The notes below the pieces were generated by a model. That model saw nothing but the letters and a program-made list of their open reading frames with translations, made no database searches and was not told the DNA's origin. A stretch of DNA of 64,000 nucleotides from Macrostomum hystrix (Eukaryota > Animalia > Platyhelminthes), in contig CATNEN010000003.1 in NCBI GenBank assembly GCA_950097015.1, positions 186,001 to 250,000 on the forward strand. The letters are read 5' to 3'. Every line of letters starts with the position of its first letter. The stretch's first letter is position 1. This document shows positions 46,662 through 58,222 of this stretch, piece by piece. Made by a program: the position numbers and the translations under genes.

Positions 46662-49600
46662 ATGATAGCTAACATCTGCGCTAGCGCAGACAACTCGTCT
46701 GCCTTCAAGGAACCTCTGGTGACAGTAGTCAAGGATTGCCAGTGGCTTGTTAGCGACGGCAGCAACTATACCGCCAGCCCCAGCTCGGAGCACTTTGAGT
46801 CCTGGCGCATCCTGAAGATCATCCAGTGCTGCCTGAGCTTCGGCGTTGGATTGGGCGACTTCGCCGCCGTCTTCGTTTACGCGGCTCTCCTCTGGCGTGG
46901 TCGGGGGCGTCGTCGAAGTGGCTTCGGTGGGCACGACAGTGGCACCCGGGTGCCACTACTGCTACTGATTCTGTCGGCTCTGGAGGCGTTGCTACAGGTG
47001 GCGCTCACGCTCAGCAGGGCTGATGCCATTCTGTCGCGAGCCGCCTTCGATGTAGACCGGCTGAGGACGTGGCGGAACAACGGGGACGATTCGACAACCG
47101 GACCGTTTCTGCAGGTCTGCAAAATGAAAATTTTGATTGGGAAAACGAATTACCCACGTCTTATGCGGCACTTCGACTTTGTTGCCACCAGTTTGCATCG
47201 CAGCCACTCCCCAGTCGAATTCTCCTTATTCCCATGACGGTTCTTCCCGCCCTTTATCTGCTATCACAGGCATTTCCGAGCTAGCAGCTAGGGAAACTGA
47301 AATGGCCCACCCCGAGGACTATGCTGCAGCCCGAGAACATATACATCTGACCTGTTAATATAGGCGCTGGGGTGCTTTAAATAAGACCGATTGCGTCAAG
47401 CAGCAACTGCTGGCTGGACCTCTTCGAAATCCTGGGTGGGAGCGGGGTAATTATCGCACTGGATGCGACTTAAGAGCCAAGCCTGGGGCAGTGAGGAATG
47501 GGCGGGAAGGGACAGAGGAGAAAGACAGCTGCAGCTTGGAAATATGAGCGGAGTTTGGAGGAAAACGGAAGCCAGTGGGAAGCAGCAAAGTGAGTCGTTT
47601 TTGTCTGACGTCTGCAGCTTGGGAGGATATTGATAATAATGAGGCATCTCAAATTAGAACTATGCGCTATCTGGCGCTTCAATGCGCTTCCATGGGAATA
47701 CTGATCGAGACGCTGACTGACTTATTTGCTGACTGATTGATTCACTGACTGACTCATTTGCTGACTGACTGATTTGCTGACTGATTTGCTGACTGACTGA
47801 TTCACTGACTGATTTGCTGACTGACTGATTTGCTGACTGACTGATTTGCTGACTGACTGATTCACTGACTGATTTGCTGACTGACTGATTTGCTGACTAA
47901 CTTTTCTAACTTAATATTTAATTTTTTCAGCTGTGGAGCTTGACTCCTTACCTGGTTTGGCTGTACATTGTTCGCCTATCCGAGCTAGCCGTGGCCGCCC
48001 TATTTCCGACGCGCAACTTTTGGCTCATGTTGGCCGTCTGTGACCGCTGCTGCCTGCTTTGGCGCCGTCCAATCGGAGCTGGAGTGCGCGCGATTTGTGG
48101 CGCAGCTGTCGCAAACGTTTTAATCTGGACTGCGGCAGCCGTGGCGTGGCAGCTCGCCATGGTGCGTTTCACCCTGGTAGCCTGTGGTCGTGGACAGCCG
48201 CTACTGCTGCTGAGCTCAGAGTGGACTGGCTCCTCTGAGACAGCCAGCAAGGCCTTCAACTACACCAGTCGAGCTGTGCCGGGTTCTGAGCGATTCACTC
48301 AGGTAGGTGGCTAAATAATGAGGTTCAAGGGGCGGGCTCTTGACTTTGTGCTTATGCTCATGGTTTTGTGCAATGTCTTTATACCGTGCTTAGATCACTA
48401 AACAATGCATTGATACATTGATTCATTGAAGATGAAACCAGAGGGGAAAACGAAGCGGTTAACGCATTTCTCGCACCAATGTCCCTGAGCTCGATTCCAC
48501 GGCGAGGCCATATTCATTTAGGGCGCAGCCGTGGAGAGAAGACCTACCCCAAAGGCACAGTGAAAGCTTACACTGCCTGATGATGAGAAAGTCAGGGCAG
48601 ATGTACACACCTGTGTAAGCGTAAGCCAGCGTACGGTATATGTGCGCCTGTGAGCTCAGGAGTCAGCGATATGGGCTAAATTGCCTCTTGCTGGCTCCGG
48701 GCTCACTGTCACCGAATATTTTGCCAGTGCCCACGACCCCAGCAATTATCATCATCATTATTGTTCTTATGATGATGATTTTTTTATTAATTGACACCCA
48801 GCGAAATCCGACGACAGAAATAAAATATTTTAATGTCTCGTATGTCGTAGCTTATCAGGCTCATCTATGTTATCGCCCAGCTACTTTGGTGTTTGGCTTG
48901 ATGAGGCTATAAATATATAGTGGATAAATATTCTATCTTCATCAAAGCTTTTCGTGTTTTGGAAGGCCTCTTTTACCGCGTCAGAAAATATCTGCGCTAA
49001 TGATTGTAAGCGTAAGACTGGAAGGCTTTTCTTTAATGAAAGTCTAATTAAGGATAAAACCTAAACACTGCCAGCTTTGCTCCAATTTTAGACTTCGAAT
49101 GTCAAAAGCAAAATTCAAAAGTTTTTCGCTAACGTAGAGCTGCACAGACGGAAAATTCATGTTCCAATATACGACGTATTTTCAAATCGAGCCAAGCGTT
49201 CTTTGGGTACTATGGACCCAGAAAAAAAACATAAACTTGTTTAGCTGTCTATTAAACCGAATTTTTGCGAGGGCGAAGCAACAAAGTGCCATTTACAACG
49301 GTATCTCCTTCAAAAGTTTCACTCAATTTTCACATATCTGACCCCTAAATCTATGATGCACAAGTGACAGGTCTCAAATAAAACCAGTTGTCAACTGTCA
49401 ACAGACATCTGTTGCAATCCCCTTCCCCTTCTGTTTTGCAATGTTTTGTTTCGCGAAAACAACAAGCTATACAGATAACTGCACGCAACCAATTTTTCCC
49501 AGGTCAATCGCCGCACAGAGGTGTGCCTACCATCTGGCCGATTAATTCAAATCCTGCACGTCGCCTATTACAAACTGGCTGTGTACGTTCCGATGCTGGT

Positions 49601-50225
49601 CATCATTGTGGGCTGCATCGTCACGTGGCGCCGGGTCAGCGGTCACCGAGTGCGCAGTCGGCAGCGCCGAATCAGGCGTCAGTTAATCGCCATTTCGGCT
49701 AGCTTTCTTCTGCTGGAGTCACCGATGCTGCTGGCCCAGCTGGTCTACGAGCTAGCTGTGAATGAGCCTGCAGACCTCGTTGGAGAAGCCAGCCTGAAGC
49801 ACTTCAGCCCGAGGACAAGACTTACGGAGGCTGTAGAAACCCTATCTGGCTTGCACTCTCTCGTCATTCTCATGCTCTACTTGTTCGCCGATTCCAAGTT
49901 CCGCGCCAGCGTCTGCCACCTGTTGTGCGAGTGCCGGCGAGGATGCCGACGATTGGTTGTCGCTGGTACTAGAAGGCAACCAAGGCATGAGCAGCAGCCC
50001 ATTCCGCTGCTACCGTGCTCTGCCGGGGCCACCGCGGCTGCCACCTTATCCGCTGCCGACAATGCCGCAGAAGGCGCAGCAAAAGCCACAGCTGCCACTG
50101 TCGGAGCCTATCACGTCACGAACGCGTCTATTACATTCGGTGACAGTAGCGCTATCTCGCGAAATGAGACGTGGCATAAGAGCAGCAGTAGCAACGATTT
50201 TGATTTGGCTGATGATTGTAATTAG
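46662..50225 (+). CDS. Orphan rhodopsin-like (class A) GPCR. Exons 46662-47114, 47931-48302, 49503-50225
   Basis: Seven hydrophobic segments, N-terminal N-glycosylation sites, DRC at the TM3 end, VPML (TM5), FLLLESP (TM6), LY...SKFR (TM7/H8); phase-0 GT-AG introns. Confidence 0.8.
47712..47900. repeat. Compound (CTGA)n/ctgatttg microsatellite next to a GPCR splice acceptor
   Basis: Repeated gactgactgatttgct. Confidence 0.85.
48450..48790 (+). mobile_element. Degenerate SINE-like repeat ending in (ATC/ATT)n
   Basis: Weak A/B boxes (gcggttaa, gctcgattcc), 3' part shared with 34527-34607, microsatellite tail. Confidence 0.45.
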
Positions 50226-50878
50226 ACGCAACAGCACCTCCTACAACTGCATACTGGGACACAATTCAGCCTGCTTCACTTAATAATCCTACGAGTTAGC
50301 TTACAATCACTTTTCGATTACTTCTGCAAGGCATCAATAACTTTATATGCGTATTCGCAAATCGAAAATTCGCGATTCGCAATATGTTTTCGCTCGATAT
50401 AAGTCTGTGAGGGCCAACATTTCTGTGGGCAAATTTTCACCAAACTGATAGCAGCAACTTGCTATACCATCGCTTTTCTTACCAGCCTCATTGAAGCCTG
50501 ACTGGCTGGCTGGTTTCACACCATCAATATATGATTAGACTACCATGTGTAACAATGGTAGGTGGCTAGCTGCATATTTGTAAGATGTGCTCGATCGTAT
50601 AAGCTCATAATATTACAAAAGCCGATTGACAACGTACTTCGATACAAGTACTTATGCTGCTGGTTGGAAGCGTTGTTAAAGGCTTTGCATCGATGGATCC
50701 CACAAGACCTACCTGTACGTTTAGACTAGCCATTGCCAAATACTCGCTTAATCTAAAAATTTATTTTCTCCTGTTCATAGGACTCTCTTTTGTGTTTAGT
50801 CCAACCGTTTCGTCAGTTCGATGGCATCTAACCTGGCTACTTAGTTTACCAGTAACTGAAAGGCTTGTAGCCTAGGTT

Positions 50879-51175
50879 GAGGTTGTAGCCTAGTGGTTAA
50901 GGCGTCAGACTCACGACTTATAGGTCGGGGGTTCGATTCCCGACTCCACTGGAAAAAATTGTGTCCTTTAGCAAGACACTTAACTCTGCATTTCTTCAGT
51001 TTACCCAGCTGTTAAATGGGTACCAGCATCAGCTGGGATAATTGAAGGGGGTGTGGCGTCCCCCCAGTCCGTGGACTGAACAACTGTACGCAGCCTTCAG
51101 ATGCGCCGCGCATTAGCTGCGGCTGTGCTGTCGGCTGCACATCTGATCCCATGGGGGCAGGTGTAATCAATTATT
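50879..51175 (+). mobile_element. tRNA-derived SINE, second copy
   Basis: Colinear and highly similar to 43385-43680. Confidence 0.85.
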
Positions 51176-54100
51176 TACAGTATCTGAAAACGTATACTTA
51201 TTAACGCGCAAACGAGCTGGAGCTATTTTTTAGTCCCAATTATTTTTATCCTATCTCTATCTGCCATAGGCGTTGTGTTCCTTTCACAACGATAGATTTC
51301 AGATTCAGATATTTCTGCTGCCGAAGCTTCTACGAGTAGATCCGAGTATGTAAGGCAAGGCCCTCTTCAAATGCATTATTAGGTAAAAAACTGAACTTAA
51401 ACAAAAAATTGACTAAAAATTTGCTCTGCATTCTTCGTACCGCTAATGTGCTGTCGTTTTCACTTACGAGCTATGCCTTAGTTTTCCTAAGTCAATGTTC
51501 TACATATTTCTGTCGTATAAGCTGTTCGTTTTTTCTCACCTTGCGTTTCTTTTGTAAGCTTTATTCATGTACATTATTTTTGGGTGTGTTAATGGTGTGA
51601 AGTCTGATTCTGTTTGTGTATTGTCCGGTGTTGCAAAAAATGTAAAAAAATGTTGCTGCTTTTGAGCTACTGCATACGAGTGGTCTTAAGGGTTAAAGCA
51701 TATTGGTGATCATGGGTCTCGATCAGTCTCAAGACTTTATGAGAATATTACGAGTTATCCTAAAATACAGCTTGCTTTCTTGTTTTCTATAATATGTTCG
51801 TACTTGTCGTTTATGATAAAAGGCTGTCAATGCAATTATCTTTTTTCGCTAAGTTGTTTATTTTGCTCCAGCGAATCAAGAGGGATATATACTACATTTT
51901 AGTAATTAGAAGGCTGAGTCAAAACAGAATGACGCAAACAATCTTTAATGTAGCGCTTCACATTGCAGGGCTTCACGGGCAATGTGCGCGTGATTCGGTA
52001 AAAATTTCTCCAGCCTGATCGAGTGCATTAAAATAATTGAAACCCATACATAATTGGCGGTACGAAAAGCAATGGCGCTTCTTCCTCGCTAAAAGTTTAG
52101 TGACTGGGAAAACATCTCGACGACTGTGAAAGCGATCCTGAATGGGTTTCTATGTGAGCACATTTTAGTACTTTTCCCTCGTTCGCATTTCTCTAACCAG
52201 CCATCCCATTCCAAATACCATCATTTCTCATCCCCGTCAACAGCTTTGCCTCCCTTATCCATCATAGATGATTTTCTATCACCTGCCCTCCCTCAACCAA
52301 TCCCTAAGTCCCATTTCTCACTGTACCTTAAAGTGACGTCACGCTTCCACCCAAGTCTTACCCTCCTTAGGTATCCACAGGGCTTCGTCCTTGGAGCTTA
52401 ACTGTTGGGGGTTCAAATCGTTCATGGCGAAGGACCGAGCAGACCGAAGTTGAATAAAACGTTTGCTAAATTCAAAAGTATATAATATAACTGATATTAT
52501 TACATCGTCGTTTTATTTTGCATAGTAGAAGAAAACAAAAGCATTGCATCTGACCCAGATAGGCCAGTTGCGAAACTGCATATTCCAAAAGCTATTCAGT
52601 CCACGGACTAGTGATCTAGGAATCTGAGGAATCTATAGTCTTCAGAAGTCTGAAGCTCTGGGCCAGTGCGCCAGGTTCCTATTCTCGCTCCGAGTTATAA
52701 AATCTATATTTTATTCCAATCTCAAAAATCTCGTACTCTATACCTGCCTCCTCTCCTTGCTTTCTAACATCCCAATCCAAACCTCCACTATCCAATGCAC
52801 TTCCTCTCTTTCCTTATATGGATGAAATTTCGTTTTACGAGTCGTAGTTTGATTCAGGAATACAAAGCGCTCTGAGTCTCTGACAGTATAAAAGCGACGA
52901 AACAAAGCACTTTTTGTAGGATTTATATATTACAGCAGTGCCTTTGCCGCCGCAGGTAATAATCAACTACGCTCGTAGTTGCTCCTCGAAGCTAGGGTAC
53001 GAGGCAATTGTATTTGGGCTTCAGCAGCATCGATGCTGTGCTTGCATGCAATACATCTGTAAAATCTGGCAATTGCTTGAAATTATAAAGTAAATTTTCC
53101 TGCACGCGGTTATGCACGGTTTGCATAAGCTGTGGTTTGCACTGCTCTGCTCTAGTACGTACATGTACATTCAGTATTATTACTCGTACTTGTACATGTA
53201 ATGCAAAATGAGAATAACTCACCTAACTTAAATAATTACTACAATTAATTCATGAGGGCAGCTCATATTGCTAAACAGCAATTGAGTTCAAAGTTACTCA
53301 TAAATTTTGCATGCAGAAAGTTGCGGAAAGACTCAATTCTGATCAGACCCCTGAATAAACCTTGCTAACAATGTTATTATTTAATAAACTGCGATGAGCC
53401 ACAAATACGAGTAAAAGTCCACAGTACCGGGATGAAAAAAGAAAATTATTGACATAAATCGCATCACTGCATCTCAGCTTCGACCAGAAACGGAGATCTA
53501 AAAAAGGGATATAAATCTGTTTTATCTGATTGCTTATAAACAGCATACATTAATTTATAGCTACCTTAATTTATCACTTATATGAATTATTGCAGCGGGG
53601 CAGCTTGAGCTAGACAACATACGGGTGCAGTGCTAGAAAAGCAAGAACGAAGTCAGAAAGCAACAGGATATAAGATTATGTTTATATGAATGGAGCTATA
53701 GCTGCATTCATATAAAATTAAAGTTGCTAATTTTACTAATCATGTTGTTTTTATTTTGATCGATGGGGTTAAATTCGCCGATTGTAGTTCGTGTAGATTG
53801 ACATGCAATTCGTTCGACAAAAAGTCACCACATCAATAGATACTAACTTTAACTGTCTCGCAAATATCTATAAGTCTCGGCTCGTATATATAGCTGAAAT
53901 GTGTCAATTGAAATACTCGATCGTATTTAAATTTTCACTTGTAGACTTGAATTAAAAATTAATTCAAATTTAAATGCGCATTTAAACTCCAAAAATATAG
54001 CTGCTTAACCTTTCTAGGTCTTTGTGAACTGCACGTAAACATGTACTGCATGTATTAAGAATATTAAAAGGATAGAAAATTAATGTATAACGGTCGTACA

Positions 54101-54307
54101 ACATTTTACTACTTTACTAGAAAAGTTAACATTACGTAAGCATCAGAAAAATGCATGACCATAATGCCTAACTTCGTACTAGTTACTGCGCGGTAATTTT
54201 GGTCTTCAAGCTGATCGTGTTAAATGTACGAGCTAGTTAGGGCCTACACTATATGGTTTGGGAGGATGTGTACGACTGTTGAGTTAGGAATACAGGGATC
54301 AGAGATT

Positions 54308-54792
54308 AGGGGCATGAAATCTCATCAACCGAACAATGTCTCATCAAAACCGAACAACAAAGTCATGGCCGAATTTAACCTCCTGTCTTGCATCGAGATC
54401 GGCTTTTATCTGTAAAACCACTTAACTTACAGCAGACTAATTCATAAACAGTTTCGTGCTATCGTTTTATTATGATATTCACTACGAAAAAAGTTATAGG
54501 CCAAGAAGTTCTGAAGAAAGTAAAAAAATCGCTTATTTGCAAGATTATTGAAAATCATAGGTGTGCAGAAGAAATACTCTTAAACCCACAAAACTTATCT
54601 GATTTGAGACTATAACCACTCTTTGGATTCAATATTAAATTCTGTACAGAATGCAATATATTTTGTGTGAAATACTCTAGTATTTACTCAGTTCTTTTTC
54701 TTGTTCGGTTGATGGAACAGAATTTGCTGCTCCGTTCGGTTTTCAGATAGACGTTTCATCAAACCGAACAGAAATTCCTCAAACCGAACATG
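54308..54792. mobile_element. DNA transposon remnant with aaccgaaca subterminal motifs, possibly related to the MITE at 15463
   Basis: catcaaccgaaca/aaaccgaaca and inverted tgttcggtt motifs recur; catcaac..aaca is shared with the 15463 TIR. Confidence 0.4.
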
Positions 54793-55544
54793 CCTTTTTT
54801 GTCGCTTTAAGTGTCGAATTTGACAAATATGTATAGCAAGAATGTTTTTTCCTCTCTCACAAATCATTACACGTAATCTAAAGCCTCAAAACTCTAGTTT
54901 TATTATTTTTAATTTTGTTACTTTTTTCATTTCAGATGCGGCCAAATTTTCATTATTCAAATTTACTCTTTCGTTGAATTTAGTTTGTCAAATGTTTTGA
55001 TTACTACTTGCAGTAGCAAAATTTGGTATGAATATACTTGAATATATTTTTCTTCAAAAATTCATTTCAGAATGGACAAGTTGGGACAACTAATTAGACA
55101 AGCAGACAACGCATGAATCATCCGGTTTCCACGTGCCTGCCTGTCCAGTGGATCCTCTTTACAACTAAACCATACTGAACCTATGGTCTGTGCAGGTCCT
55201 CTTATCGTCTTATGCCAAGTCTATAATGCAGCAAGTCATCGCAATCTGCATTGCCACCAAATTGGCAATTGCCTCTCTGCAACAGAGTCCATGCATGATG
55301 GCAAATCGCATGCTATACAGCTGATTGTCCAGCACCGACCAAACTATCAATGACTAGATAGGACGCCTACATGTAGCTGCCAGCAAACTGCCTAGCTATT
55401 TAGCTATATATAGGGGGGCCTAGCCTATATCAAAGAAATCTTTGTGCCTTTGTTTCAGTTAGGCCTAAGTTTAAGTCCGATTCTTTGATATATCAATTGG
55501 CTTCTAACTAAGAAATATGGCAATATGCCCCGGCCCCTACTATA

Positions 55545-56238
55545 GGGGAGAGATGAGACAAGGGAGAAATAAGGCAGGGGATAGATATGAAACAGGGGAG
55601 AGATGAGACAGGGGAGAGATAAGACAGGGGAGAGACGAGACAGGGGAGAGATAAGACAGGGGAGAGATGAAACAGGGGAGAGATGAGACAGGGGAGAGAC
55701 GAGACAGGGGAGAGACGAGACAGGGGAGAGATAAGACAGGGGAGAGATGAAACAGGGGAGAGATGAGACAAGGGAGAAATAAGGCAGGGGATAGATATGA
55801 AACAGGGGAGAGATGAGACAGGGAAGAGACGAGACAGGGGAGAGATAAGACAGGGGAGAGATGAGACAAGGGAGAAATAAGACAGGGGATAGATGAAACA
55901 GGGGAGAGATGAGACAGGGGAGAAATAAGACAGGGGAGAGACGAGACAGGGGAGAGATAAGACAGGGGAGAGACGAGACAGGGGAGAGATAAGACAGGGG
56001 AGAGATGAAACAGGGGAGAGATGAGACAAGGGAGAAATAAGACAGGGGATAGATGAAACAGGGGAGAGATGAGACAGGGGAGAAATAAGACAGGGGATAG
56101 ATGAAACAGGGGAGAGATGAGACAGGGGAGAAATAAGACAGGGATAGATGAAACAGGGGAGAGATGAGACAGGGGAGAAATAAGACAGGGGAGAGTTGAG
56201 ACAGGGGAGAGACGAGACAGGGGAGAGATAAGACAGGA
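55545..56238. repeat. 16-bp polypurine minisatellite
   Basis: gagacaggggagagat variants; a GGGG run in most units. Confidence 0.93.
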
Positions 56239-56261
56239 TACTAGGTGTCGGAAGGGGGCAA

Positions 56262-56325
56262 CGGGCCGGATTTGGGAGCTTCGAGGGCCGCATCTGGCCC
56301 GCGGGCTGGAGTTTGCCGACCCCTG
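56262..56325 (-). mobile_element. hAT-Charlie-type terminal sequence
   Basis: gggccgcatctggcccgcgggctggagtttgccgacccctg, i.e. CAGGGGTCGGCAAAC terminus on the minus strand. Confidence 0.7.
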
Positions 56326-56742
56326 AACTAAACTGTATGGATATGGATGAAGGTAGAAAGATAAGGGCCTAACTGCATGTGTTACATTTAATAAAGAACC
56401 AATTAGGTGCACAGGGGGGGTTTGTATGACGCCAGAATGAGAAATGACGCATGAGATATATGCGTAAAAACCAAGATCCATGCTTGCGTAAAAACTGAAT
56501 TAAAAAAATAGTGTATATTTAAGCACTGCAAAACAAAGACAGAATTTAAGTTCTAACCGCAAAAAGCAGAACAAAATCTGAAAAACTACTGCCAATAGTC
56601 TTGGTACATCTCTTTTTAATTGTACCAACTAACAATAACTTTTTAATCTTAAAATCAAAATACTAACACACTAAAAGTGTGGGTAAAGATGTGAAAAAGC
56701 TGTATATACATGTAAGACTGCGAATGAGGCCATAAATGTAAA

Positions 56743-57330
56743 CGTGAGTGAGGCTGTGAATGTGAGTGAGGCTGTAAATGTGAGTGAGGCTGTGAATGTG
56801 AGTGAGGCTGTAAATGTGAGTGAGGCTGGAATGTAAGTGAGGCTGTGAATGTGAGTGAGGCTGTAAATGTGAGTGAGGCTGTGAATGTAAGTGAGGCTGT
56901 GAATGTGAGTGAGGCTGTAAATGTAAGTGAGGCTGTGAATGTAAGTGAGGCTGTGAATGTGAGTGAGGCTGTAAATGTGAGTGAGGCTGTGAATGTAAGT
57001 GAGGCTGTGAATGTGAGTGAGGCTGTGAATGTGAGTGAGGCTGTAAATGTGAGTGAGGCTGTGAATGTAAGTGAGGCTGTGAATGTGAGTGAGGCTGTGA
57101 ATGTGAGTGAGGCTGTGAATGTAAGTGAGGCTGTGAATGTGAGTGAGGCTGTGAATGTGAGTGAGGCTGTGAATGTGAGTGAGGCTGTGAATGTAAGTGA
57201 GGCTATGAATGTGAGTGAGGCTGTGAATGTGAGTGAGGCTGTGAATAAAGCTGTGAGTGTGAATAAGGTTGTAAATAAAGCTGTGAATGTGAGTGAGGCT
57301 GTGAACGTGAGTGAGGCTGTGGAAAAGTTG
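56743..57330 (+). repeat. 18-bp minisatellite (gtgaatgtgagtgaggct), left arm
   Basis: Tandem array; its reverse complement, with the same terminal variant order, lies at 62062-62578. Confidence 0.95.
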
Positions 57331-57384
57331 TGAGTGTTAATAAGGCTGTGAATGAGGCTGTGAATGATTTCACAGCGCTTAAGA

Positions 57385-57952
57385 TTTGCAGCATGTCTGT
57401 GTCATTTTGAATAGCTGTATATCCCTCCCATTGTGTGTCACTTCTTTGTTATCCACTGCTCACTGTATATTGACAGCAGCGGATCTCACAGTGTTTATCA
57501 TTTGCAGCGTGTCTGTGTCATTTTGAATAGCTATATATCCCTCCCATTGTGTGTCACTTCTTTGTTATCCATTGCTTACTGTATATTGACAGCAGCGGAT
57601 CTCACAGTGTTTATCATTTGCAGCATGTCTGTGTCATTTTGAATAGCTGTATATCCCTCCCATTGTGTGTCACTTCTGTGTTATCCATTGCTTACTGTAT
57701 ATTGACAGCAGCGGATCTCACAGTGTTTATCATTTGCAGCATGTCTGTGTCATTTTGAATAGCTGTATATCCCTCCCATTGTGTGTCACTTCTGTGTTAT
57801 CCATTGCTTACTGTATATTGACAGCAGCGGATCTCACAGTGTTTATCATTTGCAGCATGTCTGTGTCATTTTGAATAGCTGTATATCCCTCCCATTGTGT
57901 GTCACTTCTTTGTTATCCATTGCTTACTGTATATTGACAGCAGCGGATCTCA
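57385..57952 (+). repeat. 116-bp tandem repeat, about 5 copies
   Basis: Units start at 116-bp spacing (57433, 57549, 57665, 57781, 57897); inverted copies at 61043-61260 and 61925-62000. Confidence 0.95.
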
Positions 57953-58222
57953 AGAAGGCGCCGCTTCAAGACAGTTAGAAACTGCTGAAAAAGCAGGCCG
58001 CATGCGTCATCTGTGCAGCTGTGTCTATCTGCCCCATCTAGTGTCATTTCTCAGTCTTTGGTCTAGCATTGAAATAGCGCAGCGAAAATGTGTTTTTGAA
58101 TTATGGTGCAAGTTTTATACATTTTAACGCAGTTATTACAAGTATATTACAAGAGCAATTACAAGTATAAAGTTAAAGATTAAAAAGTTTCGTGCAAATA
58201 ATAGATAAGAGCAAACAGTTAA

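Noticed and set aside
48572-48600. Hammerhead-like CTGATGA…GAAA
   Set aside because: Only 3 nt separate the core motifs, so there is no stem II and no convincing stems I/III.
55508-57333. Repetitive ORFs (SPLSHL…, VSEAVN…) and their mirrors at 61982-62866, plus 39829-40549 and 41147-41665
   Set aside because: Stop-free frames of minisatellites; no splice or compositional support.
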